Shown: piece after piece, positions 34,958-42,769 of the stretch
How the letters are laid out: every line of letters starts with the position of its first letter
Numbering within the stretch: position 1 is the stretch's first letter
IMG/VR virus record: IMGVR_UViG_3300034101_004588
Location: 146,957 to 210,956 of that record
DNA length: 64,000 bases
Reading direction: 5' to 3' (one strand)
The notes under the pieces: generated by a model
Databases searched by the model: none
What the model was told of the DNA's origin: nothing
The model's input: only the letters and a program-made list of their open reading frames with translations
Made by a program: the position numbers and the translations under genes

Positions 34958-34986
34958 AGTGTAGGGGTTATTCGGGGGAAACACAA
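34958..34986 (-). promoter_or_regulatory. repeated early promoter
   Basis: TTGTGT-TTCCCCCGAATAACCCC-TACACT. Confidence 0.8.
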
Positions 34987-35228
34987 GTCAAAACATCGTC
35001 TTCGGAAAGGGCATTGTAATCCAACCAGCCAAAGAGTTCCTGCTTACGAGCTACGGAGATATAAGAATAGTCTTTTACTTTCTCTCCATAGAAGCCACAG
35101 ATGAAGCCGGCATGATCTAAAGCATCTTGCAAAGAAGAATGGGTTCTTACTTTAAGATGGGTAATGAGGTTGTGAACCTCAAAGCCGCGATCGCTTTTGT
35201 AGATCTTGACTACTTGGGACTCTTTCAT
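34968..35228 (-). CDS. hypothetical early protein
   Basis: 86-aa ORF with TACACT box upstream. Confidence 0.75.
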   Translation of the reverse strand: MKESQVVKIYKSDRGFEVHNLITHLKVRTHSSLQDALDHAGFICGFYGEKVKDYSYISVARKQELFGWLDYNALSEDDVLTCVSPE

Positions 35229-35256
35229 GATCCCTAGTGTATATCAGATTAGGGGG

Positions 35257-35478
35257 TCAGGCCAGACTGAAAAAGTCACTAGAAACCTTTTTAACATTGT
35301 CTGTCTCTGGGTAAAACCAAACTGTGAAGGACATCGGTTGAGATTCCTCTTCTTCGGTTTTCAGATAGACAGCACAAGACCAAACATCTCCATCAATGTT
35401 CCAGGCTTCTACTTCCAAGACCTCAGCTCCAAAGTTGTACGCTTCTAGAGCCACATTAACTTTCTCTTCTCTATTCAT
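35257..35478 (-). CDS. hypothetical early protein
   Basis: 73 aa, ATGA-coupled. Confidence 0.75.
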   Translation of the reverse strand: MNREEKVNVALEAYNFGAEVLEVEAWNIDGDVWSCAVYLKTEEEESQPMSFTVWFYPETDNVKKVSSDFFSLA

Positions 35479-35723
35479 ATCAGAACTCCATTCTCCTGGA
35501 GGTATTGCTGTCTTTCAACGGATGACAGATGCTTTTGTAATTTGACATTGTCCTTAGAGCTTACATCTTTGAAGATGACCCCGTCTATATTCCATCGACT
35601 CTCATAGACCTCAAAGAGATGCAGCAGGAACTTCTGATGATGCCTGGCCAGGAAGTCATGGTCCTGTCGATTGATAAAGAAACTATCTACAGAAGAGACT
35701 ACAGCACTCTGATAGGTCTTCAT
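35475..35723 (-). CDS. hypothetical early protein
   Basis: 82 aa, ATGA-coupled. Confidence 0.75.
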   Translation of the reverse strand: MKTYQSAVVSSVDSFFINRQDHDFLARHHQKFLLHLFEVYESRWNIDGVIFKDVSSKDNVKLQKHLSSVERQQYLQENGVLI

Positions 35724-35980
35724 AGAACAGAATCCTCTAGAATGTTTTCTTCATAGCATTCTTGGAACGACCCGTATTCTGAAAACATATGATAGAGTTC
35801 GTGGTTGATATCCGAGGTACCTACTTCTTCTGCTCCGGCATTAACCAGACGACGAGCGGCTAGACGACGAAGAAAAGGTTTAATGAGGTCCTCCGTATTA
35901 CGATAGGCCTGCATGGCCTCTTCAAAGGTGGGTTTAGTAGCTTCCATGATAGTGGTAACGATGAAGACGGTCTTGGGCAA
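35720..35980 (-). CDS. hypothetical early protein
   Basis: 86 aa, TTG start. Confidence 0.65.
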   Translation of the reverse strand: MPKTVFIVTTIMEATKPTFEEAMQAYRNTEDLIKPFLRRLAARRLVNAGAEEVGTSDINHELYHMFSEYGSFQECYEENILEDSVL

Positions 35981-36109
35981 TCAAACGATCGATCCATCCA
36001 CTTTGATTGAACCAGGTGATGTTATGAGTCAGGAGACTAGGTTTCGGCTTACGGTAACGCCGGCTGATAACTTCAAAGAGCCTATGGAGTTTGTTTTTCA
36101 TCGTCTGTA

Positions 36110-36138
36110 AGTGTAGATGGTATTAGGGGGAAGTTCAA
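36110..36138 (-). promoter_or_regulatory. repeated early promoter
   Basis: TTGAAC-TTCCCCCTAATACCATC-TACACT, ATG at 36101. Confidence 0.75.
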
Positions 36139-36464
36139 GCCTCGATTTTCACATCAACGAAGATGTCCTCTTTGAATGACCAGAGAATATCTTTGAGGCG
36201 AAAGCCAGGAGAACATCCACAGCTGCAGCCACACTTCTGAGACCAGGAAGGTTTAACGGTCTTGATCTGATCTTCTGTGAACCCTAGTCGCCGAAGGATA
36301 GTCGGGATCTGTTTCTTGAATTCCAGATGAGGACGGCTACGGCGATTGACTAGATTCTCCATCACAGACTCTCCGGTGAGGAAGAAGTACATATGAGGAG
36401 ATGTCCGACGACGATCGTAACCGTTCATCGGTTGTTTGGTGATTCCTTCAATGGTTATTTTCAT
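36135..36464 (-). CDS. phage hypothetical protein
   Basis: WSQKCGCSCGCSPGF motif. Confidence 0.85.
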   Translation of the reverse strand: MKITIEGITKQPMNGYDRRRTSPHMYFFLTGESVMENLVNRRSRPHLEFKKQIPTILRRLGFTEDQIKTVKPSWSQKCGCSCGCSPGFRLKDILWSFKEDIFVDVKIEA

Positions 36465-36472
36465 CGTTTATA

Positions 36473-36501
36473 AGTGTAGAGGAAATTCGGGGGAAACACA
36501 A
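36473..36501 (-). promoter_or_regulatory. repeated early promoter
   Basis: TTGTGT-TTCCCCCGAATTTCCTC-TACACT. Confidence 0.8.
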
Positions 36502-36540
36502 GGAAAAAAAGAGGGGGTCCCAGCCGCACTAGGACCCCCT
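36502..36540 (-). terminator. intrinsic terminator
   Basis: AGGGGGTCC/GGACCCCCT stem followed by CTTTTTTTT. Confidence 0.8.
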
Positions 36541-36555
36541 CAACCACACCCACAA

Positions 36556-36924
36556 TTACCAGGTAATGTCAACACCTAAGCGCCGCATCATCTTTTGCAT
36601 ACGCTTCAAGAAGGCTTCCTTGTCGTCTTCGGTGACCGAGACCGGCCGAGACCAGGTGGGGGCCATATCTTTGTAGATATAGGTCCTAGGATGAACGTTA
36701 CGAATACACGTAACGTAGTTACGATTACCAGAGCCTTTACGATACGACAGACAGACTCCTTTACGTTTAATGGTACGGTTCAAAGAACCAACCATGCGAC
36801 GAACCTCAGCAGACTCGTTACCGAGGATTCGAATAGTATCACCTGGCTCCATGCTATGAAGAAGTTCGGCGAGTTGTGGATTGGCCGGCCTGCGACCACT
36901 GTTTTTGAGGTATGATTTATTCAT
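36556..36924 (-). CDS. hypothetical early protein
   Basis: 122-aa ORF. Confidence 0.8.
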   Translation of the reverse strand: MNKSYLKNSGRRPANPQLAELLHSMEPGDTIRILGNESAEVRRMVGSLNRTIKRKGVCLSYRKGSGNRNYVTCIRNVHPRTYIYKDMAPTWSRPVSVTEDDKEAFLKRMQKMMRRLGVDITW

Positions 36925-36963
36925 CAGGATAAGGTTAAAGGATTTTATCGGGAATTGCCCGCT

Positions 36964-37212
36964 TTATTTTAGAGGAAGTTCTGGGTGGTCAATAACAATC
37001 TTGTCAATCTTTTTATTGAGGTCTTGTAGTTTAGTAATCAAACTACGCAGACCCTTTTTATTGACCGACACTATCTGAGAGGTGTTCTCATAAAAGAACT
37101 CCAGAGTAACGACTGCCTCTGAGGATATCGGGGTTGAGAAACCTTTGTATTTAACTTTCTTTTCCAAAGTAGCTTTGACTTTGGCACTGACGGCATTGAA
37201 ACATTCTTTCAT
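36964..37212 (-). CDS. hypothetical early protein
   Basis: 82 aa; promoter TTGCCT-N17-TATTCT 7 nt upstream. Confidence 0.75.
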   Translation of the reverse strand: MKECFNAVSAKVKATLEKKVKYKGFSTPISSEAVVTLEFFYENTSQIVSVNKKGLRSLITKLQDLNKKIDKIVIDHPELPLK

Positions 37213-37259
37213 AGTCTATAGAATAAAAGGGTTTAGGGGGAAAGGCAACAACATTAAGA

Positions 37260-37334
37260 TGGCACCTAGGGTAGGATTCGAACCTACAACCGAGCGGTTA
37301 ACAGCCGCTAGCTCTACCATTGAGCTACCTAGGT
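37260..37334 (-). tRNA. tRNA-Asn(GUU)
   Basis: AGCGG-CTGTTAA-CCGCT; G73; CCA. Confidence 0.95.
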
Positions 37335-37340
37335 GTGACT

Positions 37341-37412
37341 TGGAACGATTGGGACTCGAACCCAAAACCAATACCTTAAAAGGGTACTGCTCTACCATTG
37401 AGCTACCGTTCC
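37341..37412 (-). tRNA. tRNA-Lys(UUU)
   Basis: GTACC-CTTTTAA-GGTAT; TTGGG-TTCGAGT-CCCAA. Confidence 0.94.
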
Positions 37413-37423
37413 GCAGCATAAAT

Positions 37424-37669
37424 CTATTTATAAGCGCCGACAACTCCGTCAAGGAGGCTATCGAAGTCTCCGTAGGTCAACTCGACTCTCTCCTCTAAAG
37501 GATCCCCCGAAAGAGCCCCGTCTTGATACATCTGGTGTAGCTCCTTGAATTCTTCCCGAGAAACAATACCCTTAAGTTCATCAAGGGCATCATAGACAGC
37601 GCGCATGCGATCGTCGTACTTGTCGAGGACAATGTCATGCATGGTAGGTGTGGATTTGTTTTTCATCAC
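37424..37669 (-). CDS. hypothetical early protein
   Basis: 81 aa; promoter TTGTCT-N17-TAAGAT upstream. Confidence 0.75.
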   Translation of the reverse strand: MMKNKSTPTMHDIVLDKYDDRMRAVYDALDELKGIVSREEFKELHQMYQDGALSGDPLEERVELTYGDFDSLLDGVVGAYK

Positions 37670-38047
37670 CCTTTATCTTAAAGAGCCATTCCGGGAAAGA
37701 CAAGAAGAAAATTGGGGTAACTTTAGCCTTGGCTTTCCCCCTTAAATGCCTTACAATGAATACAGAATAAAGGACGGTAGAGCCTCGAACCGATAAAGAC
37801 AGGGCGAACAGGGGATCAAACCCCGAGGGTAGGGGACTGGAGGCTGCCCAAATTCCATTTACGCAAAAGCCTCTTCTCTCAGTATAACTTATTATAGGGA
37901 AAATTCCCGGGGATGGCCAGAACTTTTTTTAAAAATTTTTGCCGGGCTTTTCCCCGGAAACCCTTATAAAATGGGGTGATAGTTTTTTTATTCCGAGGAA
38001 ATTAATAATAGGGTATCCCCCCTTGGTTTCCGTGGAATAAGAAAAAG

Positions 38048-38096
38048 AATACCTAGGTATTAATGGAAGGATTCCCGGGTTTAATACCTAGGTATT
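38048..38096. repeat. two copies of the 14-bp palindrome AATACCTAGGTATT
   Basis: 38048-38061 and 38083-38096. Confidence 0.9.
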
Positions 38097-38115
38097 GATT
38101 GGGAGGAAAGGATTA

Positions 38116-38442
38116 TCAGGTTTCCTCGGGATACTCGATTCCCGTGTCGATACCCAGGATTTCCTGCCAGTTAGTAGCAATGTAACGAAAGATCTCTTGA
38201 ATGAAAGAAGAAGGATATTCATCAATCAACAAAGCAGAATCTTTGTCTTGTTCCAAATAATCGTTCTGGGTACCTTGTTCTAAAATGCTTTCAATGTAAG
38301 CACTTAGCTCCAAGGTGGTGACTTCTTTTTCATTATCCATAGAATAATCATTAAGGAGAGTAGATGCCAAAGAATATACTCCTCGCCAAAATCCAGGATT
38401 GGTACGAAGAAGTTCATCTAGAGAAAGATTGAAATCACTCAT
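38116..38442 (-). CDS. hypothetical protein
   Basis: ATG at 38442 (MSDFNL). Confidence 0.75.
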   Translation of the reverse strand: MSDFNLSLDELLRTNPGFWRGVYSLASTLLNDYSMDNEKEVTTLELSAYIESILEQGTQNDYLEQDKDSALLIDEYPSSFIQEIFRYIATNWQEILGIDTGIEYPEET

Positions 38443-38443
38443 A

Positions 38444-38626
38444 TTAATCTTTTTTACGGAAGGATCCTTTACCACAAGAAACACCTACCGAACGACAAGT
38501 CCGATAGACCTGACGATAGGTATAAGACTGTTCTTCGGTAGAGACTCTCTTGAGGAGGTCATGAACTTCAAAAGAGTCTCCACTAGAGAGAATCTCTCGC
38601 AACTTAGCAGATAATGTATTTTTCAT
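38444..38626 (-). CDS. hypothetical protein, possible winged-helix
   Basis: 60-aa ORF. Confidence 0.7.
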   Translation of the reverse strand: MKNTLSAKLREILSSGDSFEVHDLLKRVSTEEQSYTYRQVYRTCRSVGVSCGKGSFRKKD

Positions 38627-38741
38627 ATATCGATAAAAAGTTTACCACGAATAAGGAGGTAAATCAACAAAAATAAAAACGCGTTAATAGAAACCCCCGC
38701 GATAATATAACACACTGTTCTATTAAATTAAAACTCGCTAT

Positions 38742-38776
38742 AGAAAAGGGGTAGCTCTTTCGAACTACCCCTTTTC
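38742..38776. terminator. bidirectional-type terminator hairpin
   Basis: AGAAAAGGGGTAG/CTACCCCTTTTCT. Confidence 0.75.
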
Positions 38777-38813
38777 TTGTTTGGTGATCAGCTTCTTGAC
38801 ATTCCGATCCAAA

Positions 38814-39038
38814 TTAGCGGCGTTTACGGTTACGGGTAAAGCGACCTTCTTCATCACGCATATTGTGATAACGAGGGCGCAAGCGAACCGTATTACCTTG
38901 GAGAGCCACGATCTCGTAACGGCTAGTATTGATCATACGAGCGACACGAGACTTACGAGCTTCCAAAGAAGTCCGAGGATCCAATTTGATCCCGAGGTCT
39001 TCTTTAATGTTCTTAGTAATGGTCATTAGTGCATTCAC
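38814..39038 (-). CDS. hypothetical protein
   Basis: 74-aa ORF. Confidence 0.7.
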   Translation of the reverse strand: MNALMTITKNIKEDLGIKLDPRTSLEARKSRVARMINTSRYEIVALQGNTVRLRPRYHNMRDEEGRFTRNRKRR

Positions 39039-39103
39039 TCCTTTCTAATAAAATAAGTATAGAACAGTTTAAGACTTAGGCAACGAAGTATTTTTAATAA
39101 AGA

Positions 39104-39179
39104 TGGTACCTGAGGTGGGACTCGAACCCACACTTGACAGATTTTAAGTCTGTTGTCTCTGCCATTGGACTACTCAGGC
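39104..39179 (-). tRNA. tRNA-Leu(UAA), short variable loop
   Basis: ACAGA-CTTAAAA-TCTGT; variable region only CAAGT; A73; CCA. Confidence 0.92.
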
Positions 39180-39189
39180 CTAAAGCTCA

Positions 39190-39720
39190 TTATGCTGCCT
39201 TATGAAATCTTTTCAAGTCACAGACGCAATATTTAATCCACGGGCATCCATCACACCACTTTCCGTTATCGAGATAGATGTCGGGACGTTGACAAGCCAC
39301 CGAAGTCAATGACTCTACCCCTTCTTTGTCTGTAGGAGTAATAAAAGGCAGCTTAGTGAATTCCATCTTCGGAAGATCTTTCTTAATCTTCTCGGCTCTC
39401 TCTTCTAGCTCTTCCTTGGTCATTACTGACAAAGGATTAACATAAGTCTTCTTCGGTTTAGGTTCTTTAGGATCTTTATGCAGATTGCGACAGGCTCGAC
39501 ATTCAAAGGTCTGTAGCAGCTCTTCTATGTTATTCTTATGCTTCTTAAGATAGTTCTTAAGATTAGGACCAAACATAGAAACGGTATTGTGTTTGCAGTG
39601 ACTACAAGTAATCTTCTGCGCCGGCAGTTTCTTGTGTTCTTTAAAGAACTTGATCCAACCTGAGATATCTTCAAATTGATTGAATGATGCCTTTTTATTA
39701 CCCTTAGTTTTCTTAGCCAT
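39190..39720 (-). CDS. Cys-rich (zinc-binding) hypothetical protein
   Basis: CSHC, CRAC, C-terminal CDGC/CVC. Confidence 0.85.
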   Translation of the reverse strand: MAKKTKGNKKASFNQFEDISGWIKFFKEHKKLPAQKITCSHCKHNTVSMFGPNLKNYLKKHKNNIEELLQTFECRACRNLHKDPKEPKPKKTYVNPLSVMTKEELEERAEKIKKDLPKMEFTKLPFITPTDKEGVESLTSVACQRPDIYLDNGKWCDGCPWIKYCVCDLKRFHKAA

Positions 39721-39864
39721 AGATAGCGTTACTTTCTATTTGTTGGTGCTTTTGTATAGGATCTAGTGCTTTGCCGGGAATGACACTCTTTTTTTATTAA
39801 GAGGTTTGACCACAATGCGAAGTCGGTTTTTGTTGATAATGAAGGTTAAAGAGGCTTTTTCCAT
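39712..39864 (-). CDS. small basic hypothetical protein (50 aa)
   Basis: ATG 9 nt after promoter TTGTCT-TTCCCCC...-TATATT. Confidence 0.5.
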
Positions 39865-39939
39865 AAGACTAATAATATAACATTTATTAGGGGGAAAGAC
39901 AAGGATTATTTTCTACCCCTATTTACCCCTTTTTTAGGC

Positions 39940-39967
39940 TTGACTAAAATTTTTTTTGGGTTATAAT
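39940..39967 (+). promoter_or_regulatory. near-consensus sigma70 promoter facing a non-coding G-rich tract
   Basis: TTGACT-N16-TATAAT. Confidence 0.6.
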
Positions 39968-40068
39968 GGGGTTGCTGGGGGTGGGGGCCGAAGGTTAATA
40001 CACTTTTTTTTAAATCCCCTTTGAACTTTCTTTATATATTTTCCTAACCCATTCCTTAATATACTTCT

Positions 40069-40404
40069 TTAATCTGTATCTTTAATGAACTTCATAAGCT
40101 GTCTACCCCAATCAAAGAGGTTTTCCGGAAATTCTTTAATAGTTTTCATACTATAGTAAAGATTAAATTCTTCAGGGGTCTTTCCAGGTTTATTTTGTAA
40201 TTGTTCTAAGACGTCTTCAATCCTTTGATTAATTTCTTCTTCTTGACCTATCAAGACCTTTTCTATATCTAATATAAGCCCAAAAACCTGATTGATCTTA
40301 CGGGAGAGCTCCATTATATCTTTTTCTTTATTAGCAAATTCTTTAAAGGCATCAACCTTATTTTGCACCTGATTATAGGCTTCGGATAAACTTTTATTAT
40401 TCAT
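40069..40404 (-). CDS. putative internal virion protein
   Basis: LSEAYNQVQNKVDAFKEF. Confidence 0.8.
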   Translation of the reverse strand: MNNKSLSEAYNQVQNKVDAFKEFANKEKDIMELSRKINQVFGLILDIEKVLIGQEEEINQRIEDVLEQLQNKPGKTPEEFNLYYSMKTIKEFPENLFDWGRQLMKFIKDTD

Positions 40405-40984
40405 TGGTCCATTTATCTATCTTTCTTAACATTTCGGAGAGTTTATGAATTCCTTGGAAGTCATCTCCTAAAATACTATATTCATTTTCTGATCCCCAAT
40501 GAGCCTTACGATAGGCAGGGGGCATATGGTTTAGATTAAATCCTAGGTCTTTGGCATTAGGAGCCCATAAGAGAAATTCTACTTCATTTTTAAGTAAGCG
40601 AGCCAGGATCTCTACTATAACATAAGCCTTATAGGTTCCTTCTAAACCAAAGATATGAAAGTCTCTTTTTTGATTCATTTCAAATTTATAGTTAGTATCT
40701 TGAGGGGTAGGTTTTAAAGGATCGGTATATATCAATAAAGGTTTAGCAGTTGCTCGATTAGGAATTTCCCAGGCCCATACATCATCGAAACCGGACTCTT
40801 GAGTAATTTCATCGTTCTCGGTTATATATTTGTGGGGTCCCAATACTCTTTCTAGATCGGCAATGGAAGCTTTAATGGTCAATTCATTTTTATATTGGTC
40901 TTTAATTTCTTGTTTAAAGAAATTTTTAAAGCCTTGAGCCTTAACATTAGATAAGGTTTCTTCTACAAGTTGATTAAATTTCAT
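40397..40984 (-). CDS. putative internal virion protein, divergent FG-x-P domain
   Basis: MKFNQLVEETLSNVKAQGFKNF; LERVLGP...WAWEI. Confidence 0.85.
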   Translation of the reverse strand: MKFNQLVEETLSNVKAQGFKNFFKQEIKDQYKNELTIKASIADLERVLGPHKYITENDEITQESGFDDVWAWEIPNRATAKPLLIYTDPLKPTPQDTNYKFEMNQKRDFHIFGLEGTYKAYVIVEILARLLKNEVEFLLWAPNAKDLGFNLNHMPPAYRKAHWGSENEYSILGDDFQGIHKLSEMLRKIDKWTNE

Positions 40985-40998
40985 GGATCTATTATTTA

Positions 40999-41412
40999 TT
41001 ATTCTCCGGGTGGAAAGAGAACCTCGTCTTGTAAGGGTTGTTCTAAACGAAATTCCCAGTGATAGGTTTTCTTGCCTAAAGTTGGATTATTAGGTTCGGT
41101 GTAAAGTTCATTCTTATATCCATAGTCATTTAGAGCCTGAGATATGTTTCTTAATTCTCGCACTTTAATCTTAATACGTTGATCAACTCCTATGGCAAAG
41201 AAATCTTCATCAATCCAATCAAATTTTATATAAGAAGATAAATGAGGAACTGTTTGGTTTACTATGTTCTTTATAACTTTGCTTTCGTTATTAGATTCTT
41301 CCGCAGTTCTTTTAGAGGTGTTTTGGGAAAAACTTTTTAAAGCCTGGAGCTTATCATTCTCTAATACCGTTTGATAAACTTCTTTTAAAATTTGTAAATC
41401 CTTATCACCCAT
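40999..41412 (-). CDS. putative internal virion protein
   Basis: MGDKDLQILKEVYQTVLE-NDKLQALKSF. Confidence 0.85.
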   Translation of the reverse strand: MGDKDLQILKEVYQTVLENDKLQALKSFSQNTSKRTAEESNNESKVIKNIVNQTVPHLSSYIKFDWIDEDFFAIGVDQRIKIKVRELRNISQALNDYGYKNELYTEPNNPTLGKKTYHWEFRLEQPLQDEVLFPPGE

Positions 41413-41441
41413 TTTTATTATTTAGGGATAATAAGGATTTA

Positions 41442-41735
41442 TTATTTCCAACAAGCCTTGCCTCTTAAAATATAAGCATTACCCAAAATCGGATAACCGG
41501 CGGTGGCCGAGGCATCGGGATTGACTAAAAGCTTTTTCCATTCTCCTTCTTCATCCACTAACAATTGTAAAGGTTCTTGAGAACGATTGTTAAGGATCGG
41601 AGCCATCGTAATGTAACCCCCAACGAAGTCCTGAACCTCTTGCAGAGTGGGAGAATCTTTTTTTTCCGAGACAATACGAGTTTTAGTTCCGTTGGAGGCG
41701 GTGATATTAACCGAATAAATTTTAGGTTTTTTCAT
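41442..41735 (-). CDS. DUF3846-like protein
   Basis: TLQEVQDFVGGYI...LVDEEG...VNPDAS...ILGNA. Confidence 0.8.
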   Translation of the reverse strand: MKKPKIYSVNITASNGTKTRIVSEKKDSPTLQEVQDFVGGYITMAPILNNRSQEPLQLLVDEEGEWKKLLVNPDASATAGYPILGNAYILRGKACWK

Positions 41736-41766
41736 CCTTTAAGTCTAAAACCTTTTATTGGGAAGG

Positions 41767-41967
41767 TCACTTCAAATATACCAAAGACTGATGGGTCTCT
41801 CCTTGGTAGTTAAAGGTTAAAAGATCACGACCTTGCATATCTTCTTCAACATTGAGTACCTCCAGGTCTTCACACCTAACATATTCTCCTAAAAGAAGAA
41901 CGTGGGGTTTGGGTTCGTGGTAATAGCTCTCTTCGGTGTATTCTCCTAAAATTCTTTTTTCACTCAT
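41767..41967 (-). CDS. hypothetical protein
   Basis: 66 aa with TTCCAG-spacer promoter upstream. Confidence 0.75.
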   Translation of the reverse strand: MSEKRILGEYTEESYYHEPKPHVLLLGEYVRCEDLEVLNVEEDMQGRDLLTFNYQGETHQSLVYLK

Positions 41968-42093
41968 AATTTAAAAATTTAACTTGTTTTTTCTGGAATT
42001 GCCCGTATTATTTTATAAATATTAAAGATTAAAAGCTTTTAATTCGGTTTCTGTGGTGGAAATATAAAGGTTTTCACCAAAGAAATTAAAATT

Positions 42094-42198
42094 ATGAGTC
42101 TATTAATCGGTAGTATAATATTAACATTTAATGTTAAACTTTTTTGTTTAAGTTATTTGTTAATGGTTTCAGAAATGTTTAGTCGAGGCAATCGTTGA
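42094..42198 (+). CDS. small hydrophobic peptide (34 aa)
   Basis: MSLLIGSIILTFNVKLFCLSYLLMVSEMFSRGNR, followed by a UUCG hairpin. Confidence 0.4.
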   Translation: MSLLIGSIILTFNVKLFCLSYLLMVSEMFSRGNR

Positions 42199-42228
42199 TT
42201 GATTTGATAAAAACCTTTTTGCAATACC

Positions 42229-42262
42229 ACGGGAGAATCTTCGGATTCTCCCGTATTTGTTT
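42229..42262 (+). terminator. C(UUCG)G terminator hairpin
   Basis: ACGGGAGAATC-TTCG-GATTCTCCCGT then ATTTGTTTT. Confidence 0.75.
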
Positions 42263-42292
42263 TAAGGAAGGAAAAACCGTTAAATAGTCTAT

Positions 42293-42655
42293 ATGAAATT
42301 TAATTTATTGTGGGAATCTTATCTTAAAGGGTTAAAAAATAATTTAGAAGATTTTAAATTGTTTATCGAAAAGAGATCTACAGGAGCCAAAAAGATTGCC
42401 GAGGCTTCGGCTAAGAAGGGGGAATATGCTACACTGACCGCTATTCACTTTAAAGCCAAAGAGGTTCCTTATAACTTTTGTCTTCGCCACTACAAAGCTG
42501 AAGATTCTAAATTGGTAGAAGATAAAGCCGATGAATGTTTTACTAAATTAAAGTCTTGGAAGAAGATGTCTCAAAGAGAATTTCAGGCAGTGATGGGGGA
42601 ATTAGAGGCTTATGGAGAGGTTTATATTAGATCAAAAGAGACAAAAGGACAATAA
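42293..42655 (+). CDS. hypothetical protein
   Basis: 120 aa after TAAATA; MKFNLLWE N-terminus. Confidence 0.8.
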   Translation: MKFNLLWESYLKGLKNNLEDFKLFIEKRSTGAKKIAEASAKKGEYATLTAIHFKAKEVPYNFCLRHYKAEDSKLVEDKADECFTKLKSWKKMSQREFQAVMGELEAYGEVYIRSKETKGQ

Positions 42656-42769
42656 ACCTTTGTATTTTCTTTATTTTTAGCAATTTCTTCTATAAAATAA
42701 CTTTTATTTTGAATTTTTTATAAATTTTAAGCACTTTTTTTACAAAATAAGCCACTTTTTTATAGATTT

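Noticed and set aside
34081-34986. CRISPR-like array from the repeated TAGTGTAGGGGTTATTCGGGGGAA
   Set aside because: Spacers are 250-600-bp whole genes and the repeat parses as a -35/-10 promoter; no cas genes.
32663-39029. Plus-strand ORFs in the early block (32663, 33165, 33784, 34162, 34454, 34835, 35206, 35913, 36595, 36881, 37145, 38095, 38399, 38781) and minus-strand 33675-33977 and 37216-37452
   Set aside because: Shadows of promoter-driven minus-strand genes or of tRNA-Asn/Lys; higher GC lengthens spurious frames.
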